Source: Bigelowiella natans CCMP2755 (taxonomy: Eukaryota > Protista > Cercozoa). From it: 33,546 nucleotides of DNA. Positions 23,426 to 33,546 of this stretch are shown here, piece after piece. The DNA lies in contig ADNK01002991.1 of assembly GCA_000320545.1 (NCBI GenBank), forward strand, positions 1 to 33,546, given 5' to 3'. Below the pieces are notes generated by a model, which saw only the letters and a program-made list of their open reading frames with translations, made no database searches and had not been told where the DNA came from. Position 1 is the first letter of the stretch. Each line of letters starts with the position of its first letter. The position numbers and the translations under genes were made by a program.

Positions 23426-24526
23426 ATGACGGCCCCTTGCATCGTAAAGTTGGCCTTCTTGGCTACGCTAACCCTCACGGCAGGGGTTCAAAATCATGGC
23501 TGGTACCGGACAAGGGAGGGGCGTGGAGAGAGCCTTCCGAAGATCCACGTTCTCGACGCTGCTCATGACTACGCCGGTGCGAAGACTCCTCTTCACATAG
23601 AAACCTTTAAGGAACTTCGCCGTCTTTCGGTGAGTGATGCAACGACGGCGGACTTTATTTTCGTCGACGTGGATACTCTAATGCAGAAATTCTGGCCTGT
23701 CTACCTGAAGACATCCGTAACCAAACATCATCCATCGATTCTCGACGACGATGATGATAAAGCGCATCTATGGAAAGAGCAGGTGTTCAAGGATACGGCC
23801 GAGAACTTCATCCAGGGGCATGGAAACTTTTCCGGAAAATTTGTGTACTTCTACGATATCAAGTATAAGGAGGGCGAAGAAGCGGACCCGGTGCGACGGG
23901 AGAGAGTGAGGGAACAGTTCGCAGAATTCTCCGTTTTCGTTGGAAACGACATCGTGAAGAACGATACACGGTCTGCAGTTGGTGTAAATATCCTTCCCCC
24001 CATCAACAAATATCTAGCTCGCACGACGAAGATGACTGAGCGTGGAGAAAGGGGTCTTTTAGCCACTTTCCGGGGAAGAGCATGCACAGACAAGGGTGTT
24101 CGAAAGCAGCTGTTCCATGACATGCCCGTATATGGGGAGAATGTTGATCTGGTCGACACCTTTCATGAAGATGGGCCTTTGGAGGATTTGATCGCATCCT
24201 ACAAAAACAGCTCCTTCGCTTTCGCCCCTCGCGGCACAAAACCCTACTCATTCCGCCCTGGAGAAGCTATGACCTTCGGCGCTATCCCTGTTATCATAGT
24301 GGACGATGTAGAACCAATTCGCCCTGGAAATTGGGAGGACTGGGCAGTAATCATCCCTGAGAAGGACACAAGGCAATCTATTGCTACGTTGCAGCACATA
24401 TCAGAAGCAAAGAGGAAAACGATGTTCCAAGCTGGGAGAGAGATGGCTCGCTGCGTCAATACGATTCCTGGGTACGTAAATTGCATGCTGAAAGCATTGC
24501 ATGAGATACAAGGCATCTCCACCTGA
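23426..24526 (+). CDS. Exostosin-family (GT47) glycosyltransferase, intronless, 366 aa
   Basis: N-terminal hydrophobic signal/anchor (IVKLAFLATLTLTAG), ADFIFV motif, LLATFRG, and the exostosin C-terminal motif YKNSSFAFAPRG...SFRPGEAMTFGAIPVIIVD....P...W....VIIPE. Confidence 0.88.
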   Translation: MTAPCIVKLAFLATLTLTAGVQNHGWYRTREGRGESLPKIHVLDAAHDYAGAKTPLHIETFKELRRLSVSDATTADFIFVDVDTLMQKFWPVYLKTSVTKHHPSILDDDDDKAHLWKEQVFKDTAENFIQGHGNFSGKFVYFYDIKYKEGEEADPVRRERVREQFAEFSVFVGNDIVKNDTRSAVGVNILPPINKYLARTTKMTERGERGLLATFRGRACTDKGVRKQLFHDMPVYGENVDLVDTFHEDGPLEDLIASYKNSSFAFAPRGTKPYSFRPGEAMTFGAIPVIIVDDVEPIRPGNWEDWAVIIPEKDTRQSIATLQHISEAKRKTMFQAGREMARCVNTIPGYVNCMLKALHEIQGIST

Positions 24527-25486
24527 ACCAACGTTCCTCGCTAGCAACGCAAGCTATACATTATATTAATATATAAATATATTGTATTACATTCTGTCTG
24601 TAGTCTAGAATATAGGCCTTGTGTATATGTGTTGAAATACGTCAAGCACGCTTTGCTTTAGTGGAAGATGTCACAAAATTAGCAAACATTTAGATACAGT
24701 ATAGGGCCACCACAGTACTATTGTTTTATTTTTTTCCACGTCTCTATAGCGATAGAACTTATTCCCTTTCAATGCAATGAGTTTGAAAGTTGTTTCGAAA
24801 TAGTAAAGCTTGCTTATAGAGCAATGGAGTGCGAGTATGATAGTGTGCTGCAGGTCGTCATTGCCGTAGCACACGTGTTGTGCACATTTCAAATGTTTGT
24901 TCCATGTGAGATATAGAGAAACACGGCATGGCCAATGGCGCGGCATCTGCTAGCATGATGTCCAACTAGCCAAGCTAGCAGGCTAGCAGGGTGGACACAT
25001 CTAGCCATGTAGTCCACATTGCTAGATTGTCGATCTAGTTGTTATCCACTGCATGCACAAGTTTGCTGATGCGCGTGGTACCATTTGTCATCATTTGAAT
25101 CATGTGGGTCAGAATGAATTAGTTGATGAATTACAACAATGCATGAGCAGTACGTACACGCTGTCTAGCTGTGCCTACAAAAATCGAATCGAGCACATGT
25201 GCGTACACGTACGTACGTGCATATGCATGCAGCAGGCACATTAGGGTTGCTGCCTTGCGAAGCGCGGATATATCGTTAAAGATAAATTTCTTCAATCATT
25301 GCTCACCTGTAGCTTATCTCTAGATAATCAAATTTCAAAAATAACCCACATCGGCGTTAAAATTTAATGAGAAGTTACATGGGACGACATAGCTTGTCAT
25401 AATCGGTTAAACTATTTCCTGCTGCCATCGGAACACTTCCTATTAACTCTCTCTCGTCCCCGCAATGAATGCCAATTAGAGGACAT

Positions 25487-25584
25487 TTACATTCCTGCCG
25501 ACTTTTTAGCCTAATGCATCATCACAACGCACGGTCAGCTGCATGACTCATCAACACGGTGATGCGCACTAAAAAAATTATCTC

Positions 25585-25622
<38 letters not shown>

Positions 25623-27548
25623 GCACAATTACACATTCGTCGTGATAGAACGCGCATGCATGTTCCAGCTTTCCCGTCGTCTCACGATCTCCCAGCTTTC
25701 ACGATGAAATATCTGGTGCTTATATATGCTACCTGATCAAGGAAACCCGCGAGCTGAGCTTTGACTTCATCTACGGCCGTCTTCTGATCCTGCGAAAGGT
25801 TTTCGTAGCTGAATTCGCGGTAGTAGAACACCCCGACAACGGTAGCTGCGACAGTCAATCGGCCCCAAAGACTGCGAGAAACATAGTCATAATGTGTTTT
25901 TTGGGGGGGGGGGAGAATTCATAAATCTGTTAATGCGATGTAAATAAAGTTGGAGGACACGTAGAGTGATAACTAGCGAGGAGGCGAAAGGTGTCGAAAC
26001 AGAAGGGAGGTGGAAAAGGGAAGGGGCGTGTCGTACGAGGTGTGCTGGTCATAGATGCCAATCTTAGTGAGCTGGTCAACTCCAAGAGCAGCCATGTATC
26101 CGATCATAGCAGCACGGCCTATTTTTTTGTAAATACCGATCATTATCAGGAGAAAGAACCCGTGGGTGAGGCGCTATTGTCTCCGTGCTCCTCTCAAACT
26201 GCTGGCATCTATTATTCTTCCCTACCGTTGAGCTTCTCAGCCTCAGGAAGGTGGAAGCGCTTCACCCAAGCCCACCATGGGATCTCAGCAGCGTTGAAAG
26301 TAACCTGTTGATAGGACATTGAGATGAGTATCGCTCGTTTTAGTTAATCGGTGGTAGGAGGGAGAATGATTAAGGGTGGTGAGAAAGAGAAGAGGAAAGG
26401 GGAGGGTGCTATTATATGTAAGTTTTTTTTTAAGTCGATTCAGATACCAAACATCAGTTCTGATGGATTGTGACGCGGGCGTCTATTACTAAACTCTGAA
26501 ATATTACATCCTCGCCGACGGGCGTTGGGAGCGCGTTATCGATAACAAGCTTTCTACGTGCAATCTCGGCGTCAATGATAGCGTCCCAGTCCACAACGCC
26601 ATCCACTTCGAACTGATCATTCAAAGATATATAGGTGAGAATGATGTCAACGATGCAGTACAAAATACAGCCCAAGAAAAAATTACAGGCAAGTTGTGTA
26701 AATATATATTCTCCCCTGCTCCCGGATAAAAATAGAGCGAGGAGATGAGTCTGCAGATATGTCTTGCTGACTTTCATATCCCTCAATCTACCCCTCTCAA
26801 AATCACCTTTGATTTGTCCCAAGTTCCCTCCTTCCATCTGTAGTCAACGAATTGACCATCCTGCAGCGACATCATAGGTCCAGTCTCCGCCCTCGAAATC
26901 TATCGTAGAGAAATGCATCTTAGCGCCTTCATTGGATTTATCCAACAAAGAGGAAAAGGCGGAAAATGGATGTATCATTGAAGAGTTGCAAAAAAATAGG
27001 AGTATTACCAAGTGAGCACGTCTATTGTTGCCACGCATCATCATTGGCATCCTTGTAGCTCCCATATTGACGCTCGAGCGCGTAGAAATTCCCCTTGCAA
27101 CCTGTATATGACAGACCGATTCATCTTTTATTCAGCATTATCAATCAGGGGTATTGTAAGAATCCAATAAATCCAGCCAAACCAACTTAATTTGCTGCTG
27201 GTCATATTCCTCCGTACATTTTGAGCTACCATTAAGAACTCCCCTCTCCCCTATCCCGTCATCTTAAGGCATAACCGAATAAAATGTGACACCCTGCATG
27301 CAATTGACATTTGGTGAGAGACCACAAACCTCACATTCATGCCTGTGGCCCCTACACACTCATAAAAGCTAATCCAAAGCTGTCGACGTAGCGTATCACG
27401 TAGACCGGTCGAACCCCTCCCAAAATTTCATGTGGCAAGACGGCACAGATAACGAAAATATTACATTGGAGCTAGGGAAGAAGTGGTATGCGGTGAAGGC
27501 AACATTGACGAGCAGACTGAGGCCCAATACGAGGTGGAGACGCCCCAT
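25487..27548 (-). CDS. LIL3: Light-harvesting-like protein 3 (LIL3), spliced, with bipartite plastid-targeting leader
   Basis: Exon 26612-26508 gives [22 protein letters not shown], exon 26304-26226 gives [27 protein letters not shown], the exon from 26118 gives [24 protein letters not shown], and the exon from about 25871 gives [41 protein letters not shown] is the LIL3 hallmark containing the LHC ExxNGR motif. Exon 1 (ATG 27548) is [24 protein letters not shown], followed by transit-like [24 protein letters not shown]. The final exon (AKKSAGM*) is tentative. Confidence 0.92.
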
Positions 27549-28955
27549 TGTTGGAATATACGGTATGTGTGGTACGAGAGGCTCAGTCAGCCAGCAAACA
27601 TTTACCTTCGAATTAAAAAAATATTCAAATGTCGGTAATTTTAGAAGTACGACATTTACAAATGTATGACTCAGTAAATATAAGAACGGCATTTTTTCTC
27701 TCCATCATGACGGGAACGTCTGGCAGTCGACGAGAGTGCGTGGTTAACTCGGTTTTCAAAGACAACAATCGACGAGACGAATCCCCGATTTCTTTAAAAT
27801 ATACAATAAATGCCCATAATCTAAACACTGCGACAAAAAGGAATAGACAGAAAAGCGGATGAGATGCCAACTCTTTGTTGTAATCTTAGTATGAAATACC
27901 TTTCTGCATGTTTCTGGCAGTACATAATTTGCCATAAGGGGTAAATTCTGGACGTTTCGAATATACGACAAGAGTACTTTGATGCCGCAAAATAAGAGAT
28001 TCTTCTCGGCGCGGAAACTCGGGTGATTTTTCATTCTGACACGGGCCGTTGGCCAGATTTTTCCACAAGAGGAGCAACCCGTGAGGAAGATATCTTTGGA
28101 GCTAAATTATCATAAAATCCACTGAAATTTTGCATCTGCGACATTCTGATATTGGATATTTAAAGAGGTAGTTGCCCTGTTCACAGCCTCACAAGAAGAT
28201 CGATTCGGTGATGTTCGGAAGCATCGGCTGATGCTTGATCTTCCACCTCATCTCTCTCCACATACTCTCATATCCACAACCCTTCATTTTCCCTGGCGGT
28301 CTTGTTCTTCAGAGAGGAGGGAGATGGGTTAGTACTTCTAACGATCCTTTCAGTTGCACTTGGATATCATTCATTCATCTGTAGCGCCTCAACAGACATC
28401 GACAGTGGCTTGTGATTGACTCACAACTGTGGGAAGAAAACATGATACTGCAAGTTTAGTAGGGGGCCTCCAATTACAGCCGCATGAATAGCATGGTTAT
28501 TCGATGTAGGTTATACTTGAATACTCAGAGGAATTTTGCTGCAAATTGACATATGTATGGGACGTATTTAAAAAAGAGAAAAAAGGTGTCGAACGAAATT
28601 GCTTGCTCGTTTAGTTTGAAAGTGCACAATTGACAGCTCCGTACTAATCGTACTATGTGTAGCATGCTGTTACCCATGTAGACGTCATAATCTACAATCA
28701 ACGTTGATCAATCGATTGTCGACAAGCTGCTTAACAAACTCAATGTTCAAAAATGTCCATCCACACATTCGCATGTTAATTTTTGTTGGCCACAAATCAA
28801 TGTCAGAGTGCACATTCAGTGTGACTAATACGCTGTGATCGGTTACCTCACAGCAATGATCCGATGCGTACAAAGTGCAAAGTGGGATGTCGTTTGTGCG
28901 TGTAGTGGTGTGCGTGTGTGCATGCATGCAGTGTGTGAGCGTGTGCGTGTTGTGC

Positions 28956-29017
<62 letters not shown>

Positions 29018-29593
29018 AAGACGGATGTAATTAATCTATATCAATTAAATTTGTTAAATGGTCGTGTGTTTGTGTGTGTGTGTTTGTTGCGTGTCTTCGT
29101 CGTGCTACATATACACAACAAACATAGTTCATGTAATTTCCATGCGAAATTTAATGAACGTTGCATCTATAATTAATATTCCCAGACAGCAATGCATGAT
29201 ACAGCCGTTGTGTCCAGGTACACATTGCTTTTGGTAGTGTCATTTCGGCGCAGTAGGAGTACGCGCAGGCAAGGCATCCTTGCTTGAATCCTTATATCCT
29301 TGTACAGAAGACAAAATTTTGCAGCGACATTGTCGAATACAGAACATGTGCATGTACTTAGCAGACACGTACTATTAGTTGCCGTGATGAGCTACCCATG
29401 CCTTCATCGTTCCAATTGTCATGCACGTACTGCTGGTACACACTGTATGCACGTACACACACATGCAAATGACAAACGGCTTAATTATGAATGCTGCGAT
29501 TTATTGTTCCAAAGGCACCACCACGGACGCTACTTGCGTTGCCTTTCATTTTAAACGTAACAAATGAACCACACATGGTCATATAGGATCTGA

Positions 29594-31288
29594 TTACTTG
29601 CTGTCGTGCGTACTTTGGTTCATTGCTCTGAGACTTAGCATTGAAGGTATGCTGCCACATGATATCAGCATTTTCCCGGGTCCAAGGCACGAAATGAACC
29701 CCGGCGATTCCAATTCGACCTGAGGCTTGTCGTACATAGTCCTAGGAAACCCCCATCCCACCAAAGTCGTGACTTCTTGGTTTTCGAGTGAAAGGGAACG
29801 AATGGCGTTGTTGCCCGCGTCCACGATGAAAAGTGCATGCCTGGAAGAGTCGTACGTCATTGACACTGGGTATCGGAATCGTGCATTTTTCCCCCTTCCG
29901 TCGACGAAGCCCACGCTATGAGCCCCCGCCACAGTCTCCACCTTCCCGGAAAGTGTTATCCGTCGGACTGCCTGCGACACGACGATATCCTCCCAATCGA
30001 AACTCGTATCGAGGAAGTAAATGTCACCTGAACCATCGTCTACCTGAAGGGGGGAAAGAGGCTTGTTGAGCTCGGCCTGCCGCCCAATCTCCGAGTCCAA
30101 ATCCCCAGGCCGACGATTCCCCGCGATCCTTTCAACACTGAGGTCTGTTAGATTCACCCAACGCAAGCATGCGTTCTCCTGCTCGCCGAGCACCATCCCA
30201 TGGCGCGCCTTATCGTAGCATATCGAGATGGGGACGTTGAGCAGGGCGGCAGTGCCTTTCCCGTCTGCACACCCACCACCTTCACTCCCCTCCCAACGCC
30301 CGACGACTGTGGTAACTTCGCCTGTCTTTTGCGCAATTTTACGCACCACTTGGCTACCGGTGTCCACCACCCATATATCCCCGCTGGAGGGGTCAAGCGC
30401 CAGAGAGGAGAGCCTCCTAAACCGAACAGTTGTGCCCACGCCATCGAAGTAGCCCTCGAGCTCCGTCTCTGCGTAGTACCCTTCCGGGTTTTCCCGGTCG
30501 TATTCTGTGGGCTCTCGGCGAAGTCCTCCTGCGACCGTGGTCACGTTGCGAGTTGTGGGGTCGATTCTCCGAACGGCCTGGAAGCCGTTGTCGATGACGT
30601 AGAGCATGCCCGAGACGTCCTTATCGAAGAGGAAGAACCCGATCTCGTTGAACGACGCGTTGGTCCCTACCCCGTCCCGAACATCGGCATAGCCGCACAT
30701 GTCGCTGAACCAGGGTTGTATCCAGAAATCAGTGGTTACGTTCGGCTCCACGGCGCTCTCCTCCCGATCTTCGAGCCTCATCTCTGCGATGTCGGGCAAC
30801 ACTGAGCCAAGGCCGGTTACGTTGCTGCTTCTGAGCGACGACTCGAAGCTAGACATGTTTACCTGGAATCGGGAGTAATCTATGGGTTTCTGGGTTTTCT
30901 GGGCTTTGATATCTTCGATGAGCTCCTGCAACCTCTCGTTGGAGAAGTTTCGCATGCCGTCCCCACTCAGATACTCGGTGAACCTTCCCGCAGCATTCTT
31001 CGCATCGATGCCGCTCGAAGGCCTAAATGGGTATTCCCCTGTCCCCTGCGCCTTCATATAAGCATCCATATCGCGAGGTGGCGGCGCGAGGGGCATAGGG
31101 GAGCCAGAGCCTTCCTCGAAACCTGACGAGAGGCTTTCTGCTGCATTCTTCCAAGAGCACGATACGATCACAGCGAGAGCTAGGAGGTGGATAAGCAGGA
31201 TACCAGGGAATCTGCATTGACGTAGGAAAGATCTGTAATGTGTCGGGTGAGGGCTCGGCTGCATACGATGATAGCGCCCCCACCCCAT
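29594..31288 (-). CDS. NHL-repeat (beta-propeller) protein with N-terminal hydrophobic segment, apparently intronless, 564 aa
   Basis: Repeated DG.G..A.F..P/I....D....LYV.D..N..(V/I)R.I.......V.TVAG units, e.g. DGVGTNASFN...LYVIDNGFQAVRRID and DGRGKNARFRYPVSMTYDSSRHALFIVDAGNNAIRSL. The hydrophobic stretch is ILLIHLLALAVIVSC. Confidence 0.88.
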   Translation of the reverse strand: MGWGRYHRMQPSPHPTHYRSFLRQCRFPGILLIHLLALAVIVSCSWKNAAESLSSGFEEGSGSPMPLAPPPRDMDAYMKAQGTGEYPFRPSSGIDAKNAAGRFTEYLSGDGMRNFSNERLQELIEDIKAQKTQKPIDYSRFQVNMSSFESSLRSSNVTGLGSVLPDIAEMRLEDREESAVEPNVTTDFWIQPWFSDMCGYADVRDGVGTNASFNEIGFFLFDKDVSGMLYVIDNGFQAVRRIDPTTRNVTTVAGGLRREPTEYDRENPEGYYAETELEGYFDGVGTTVRFRRLSSLALDPSSGDIWVVDTGSQVVRKIAQKTGEVTTVVGRWEGSEGGGCADGKGTAALLNVPISICYDKARHGMVLGEQENACLRWVNLTDLSVERIAGNRRPGDLDSEIGRQAELNKPLSPLQVDDGSGDIYFLDTSFDWEDIVVSQAVRRITLSGKVETVAGAHSVGFVDGRGKNARFRYPVSMTYDSSRHALFIVDAGNNAIRSLSLENQEVTTLVGWGFPRTMYDKPQVELESPGFISCLGPGKMLISCGSIPSMLSLRAMNQSTHDSK

Positions 31289-31521
31289 TGCGGGCCGGCA
31301 GGAAGAGTTCTCGAAGATGTTATCCGTTCTCGGTGCCGACAGTTTTCAGCCAATGTTATTGCTTCCGATCGTGTCGCAGACAGGCAATTACAAGATGTTT
31401 TTACCTAATTATTACCATATTTCATTGTCGCAGTATGAGAATCGCAACTCCCGTACGAGTTGTCGTCGTGGAAAGAAATCCTAGAAATTTCACCGATCAG
31501 ATCCGATCGGCCCGGAAGAGC
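31289..31521. promoter_or_regulatory. Candidate bidirectional promoter between the divergent NHL genes
   Basis: Only 233 bp separates the two predicted ATGs. This is a positional inference; no specific motif was identified. Confidence 0.4.
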
Positions 31522-32154
31522 ATGGCCGTCGCCATCCTCCCCGCCCCCGCCACCTGCCGGGAGAGAGGTGGGAGGGGGAGGAGGTGGAGGAGCCTTACAT
31601 ACCTAGCCTGCGCATTGATGTGCTTGTGGCACGTCCTGGTGCTGGCCGGAAGGACAGAGCGGCAGGAGAGGGGGGGGGCGGTAGGGATCGGCTACATCGT
31701 TGATTCGGTTGTGGCCGGATCGAGGGCGACAACAAGGTTCAGCGACGGAAGTGTCTCCTCGCACTTGGACGGACATGGCACGAACGCTGCCTTCGAATAT
31801 CCAACGGCAATCACCATGGTAAACTCGCCTCCCTCTCCCCCCCCGCCATCGATCCCTCTCTCGCTCTCCCTCTCCCTCTCTCCCGCACCTGACCTTATCT
31901 CCCAAGAAATACCTCTATCCAGGATTCAAGTTCCAGGCGCTTGCTGATAGCCGACGCAGGGAACGACGCGATAAGATCGCTCTCCCTCTCGAGCTCACAG
32001 CGGCACCGCACCAAGACTTTCGCAGGCATCTGGGGGCAAAGCGGTAGGAAGAAGCTCGTTTGGAATTGCGCATGCCCTTCATTAACAACATCTCTCTCGA
32101 TAACCTCATATGCCCACGTGTTTTCTCATCCTCTGTGTGTGCGTGCGTGCGTGC

Positions 32155-32195
<41 letters not shown>

Positions 32196-32495
32196 CATTC
32201 GATGACGGACAGGCGACGGGGTGGCTGAAGAGGGTTCTCGACGAGACACTGGTTAGAATCAAAACAGTCACAGTATATTATAGCTAAATAATGCATCCAT
32301 CGGTGTAGGCCTTTCCTCCCCTTACGGCATTTCCCGTGGCCCTTCTGGAGACGTATTTGTTGCAGATACAGGGGTGAGTGCAGGCATTGGTGGTGGTGGT
32401 GTGGGTGGCCTCTCTCTTTCTCTCCCTCTTTCTCCCTGTGTGTGTGCGGCTGTAAAGGAGGAGGAGGGGGTGTTCATGGATATATTATGCGCAGA

Positions 32496-32546
<51 letters not shown>

Positions 32547-32746
32547 CAACATACGCACACACACACGCGCGCACACGTACACGCACATAAATGTTGTTTG
32601 GACGCACGCTGTATATATGCATGTGTATATATAAAAATATACACATGTATGAGTAAGGTTAAGTAAGTACATATATACATATTGTAGAGAACAGTTTTTA
32701 ACAATATACACGAACATAGAAATATATACATTTACATATGCAAATG

Positions 32747-32777
<31 letters not shown>

Positions 32778-33128
32778 ATATTCTTCATATAGTATATGAG
32801 TGTTTGAATTGCGTGCTCGTGTCGTTTTAGGCTGGGTGCATTCGTAGGATATCCCCTAACGGCCACCTCTCGACTCTTGCAGGGTTGGAAGAAACCCTCG
32901 CGCAGCAGCAGCGGCGCAAGCTATGTGCCTGATGCAGTGTCCTTCTTCCATCAACAGCCTGCATTAAAGAATGATGCTTTTCAGACATTCTGACGGTGAT
33001 AGCGGTGTTTGGTAATGGCAGGTGTTGGTACAGGAAACTTCTAACGGATATGGACTTCCCGCTGAGGAGTGGCGATGGCTGTCTAAGTCGTGCCATCATT
33101 AGCTTTTCCCCCCCCCCTCCATAAGACG

Positions 33129-33160
<32 letters not shown>

Positions 33161-33436
33161 GGGGGCATACACATCCTGCGGTTACGATAACCATCGACGC
33201 CAGCTGTATTTATGCATATATTGGTAAATGTATTCTACCGTCTCCCATATTGTTTAGCAGCCGGAAGATATGACGTGGGCGAAGAGGAAGATGGGGCAAT
33301 AACAGACGGTACTGTGTGTCAACCCCCCCCCCCGCCTTCCAGCTTTCATCACATCAGTGTGCATTGGACGTGATGATAGGATTTGGTGAAGATGCGGCGT
33401 TTCGGCAGCCTACCGCAATCGATACAGATCAACATG
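31522..33436 (+). CDS. Second NHL-repeat protein, multi-exon, 3'-partial
   Basis: Exon 31522-31818 (hydrophobic LTYLACALMCLWHVLVLAG, then DGHGTNAAFEYPTAITM), exon 31923-32043 (DSSSRRLLIADAGNDAIRSL), exon 32309-32373 (LSSPYGISRGPSGDVFVADTG), exon from 32831 (AGCIRRISPNGHLSTLAG) and exon 33380-33436 (GFGEDAAFRQPTAIDTDQH). GT-AG boundaries; some intermediate exons are unresolved. Confidence 0.85.
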
Positions 33437-33546
33437 GTATGTGCGCGCGCGCACGTGTGTGTGTGTGTGTGTGTGTAAAAACGCATCATATCTCAGAGAC
33501 GCATTTACTTTGGCGAGGTCATCATCCCTTCTGAATTCAAACAGCA

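Noticed and set aside
25713-25732. Possible 20-nt GT-AG intron in LIL3, the size of chlorarachniophyte nucleomorph introns
   Set aside because: Splicing it leads into a (TG)n tract with no plausible C-terminus. A downstream acceptor near 25510 or read-through is more parsimonious, and such a short GT..AG arises easily by chance. RNA-seq would settle it.
27600-28600. Possible gene between LIL3 and the first NHL gene
   Set aside because: Only short ORFs without motifs; no supportable model.

Overview
Eukaryotic nuclear DNA, not prokaryotic. It has GT-AG spliced genes and introns packed with microsatellites and homopolymer runs. A spliced LIL3 gene (green-lineage light-harvesting-like protein) and a second small protein both carry signal-peptide plus transit-peptide leaders, which points to an alga with a green secondary plastid, most likely a chlorarachniophyte (inference). 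Genes reconstructed by hand, left to right: ABCA transporter (-, runs off the left edge), CAP/SCP-domain protein (+), small plastid-targeted single-TM protein (-), tandem TRAF-type zinc-finger protein (-), ankyrin-repeat gene (+), intronless cold-shock/OB-fold protein (-), intronless exostosin/GT47 glycosyltransferase (+), LIL3 (-), and a head-to-head pair of NHL-repeat genes (-/+, the second running off the right edge). The most striking feature is the ankyrin gene. It has an N-cap exon, six tandem 99-nt phase-1 exons each encoding exactly one ankyrin repeat inside a duplicated intron unit, and a C-cap exon. Amino-acid variation is concentrated at the ligand-binding positions and the copies are mosaic, resembling a natural exon-cassette DARPin library. 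All exon boundaries are manual predictions without transcript evidence.
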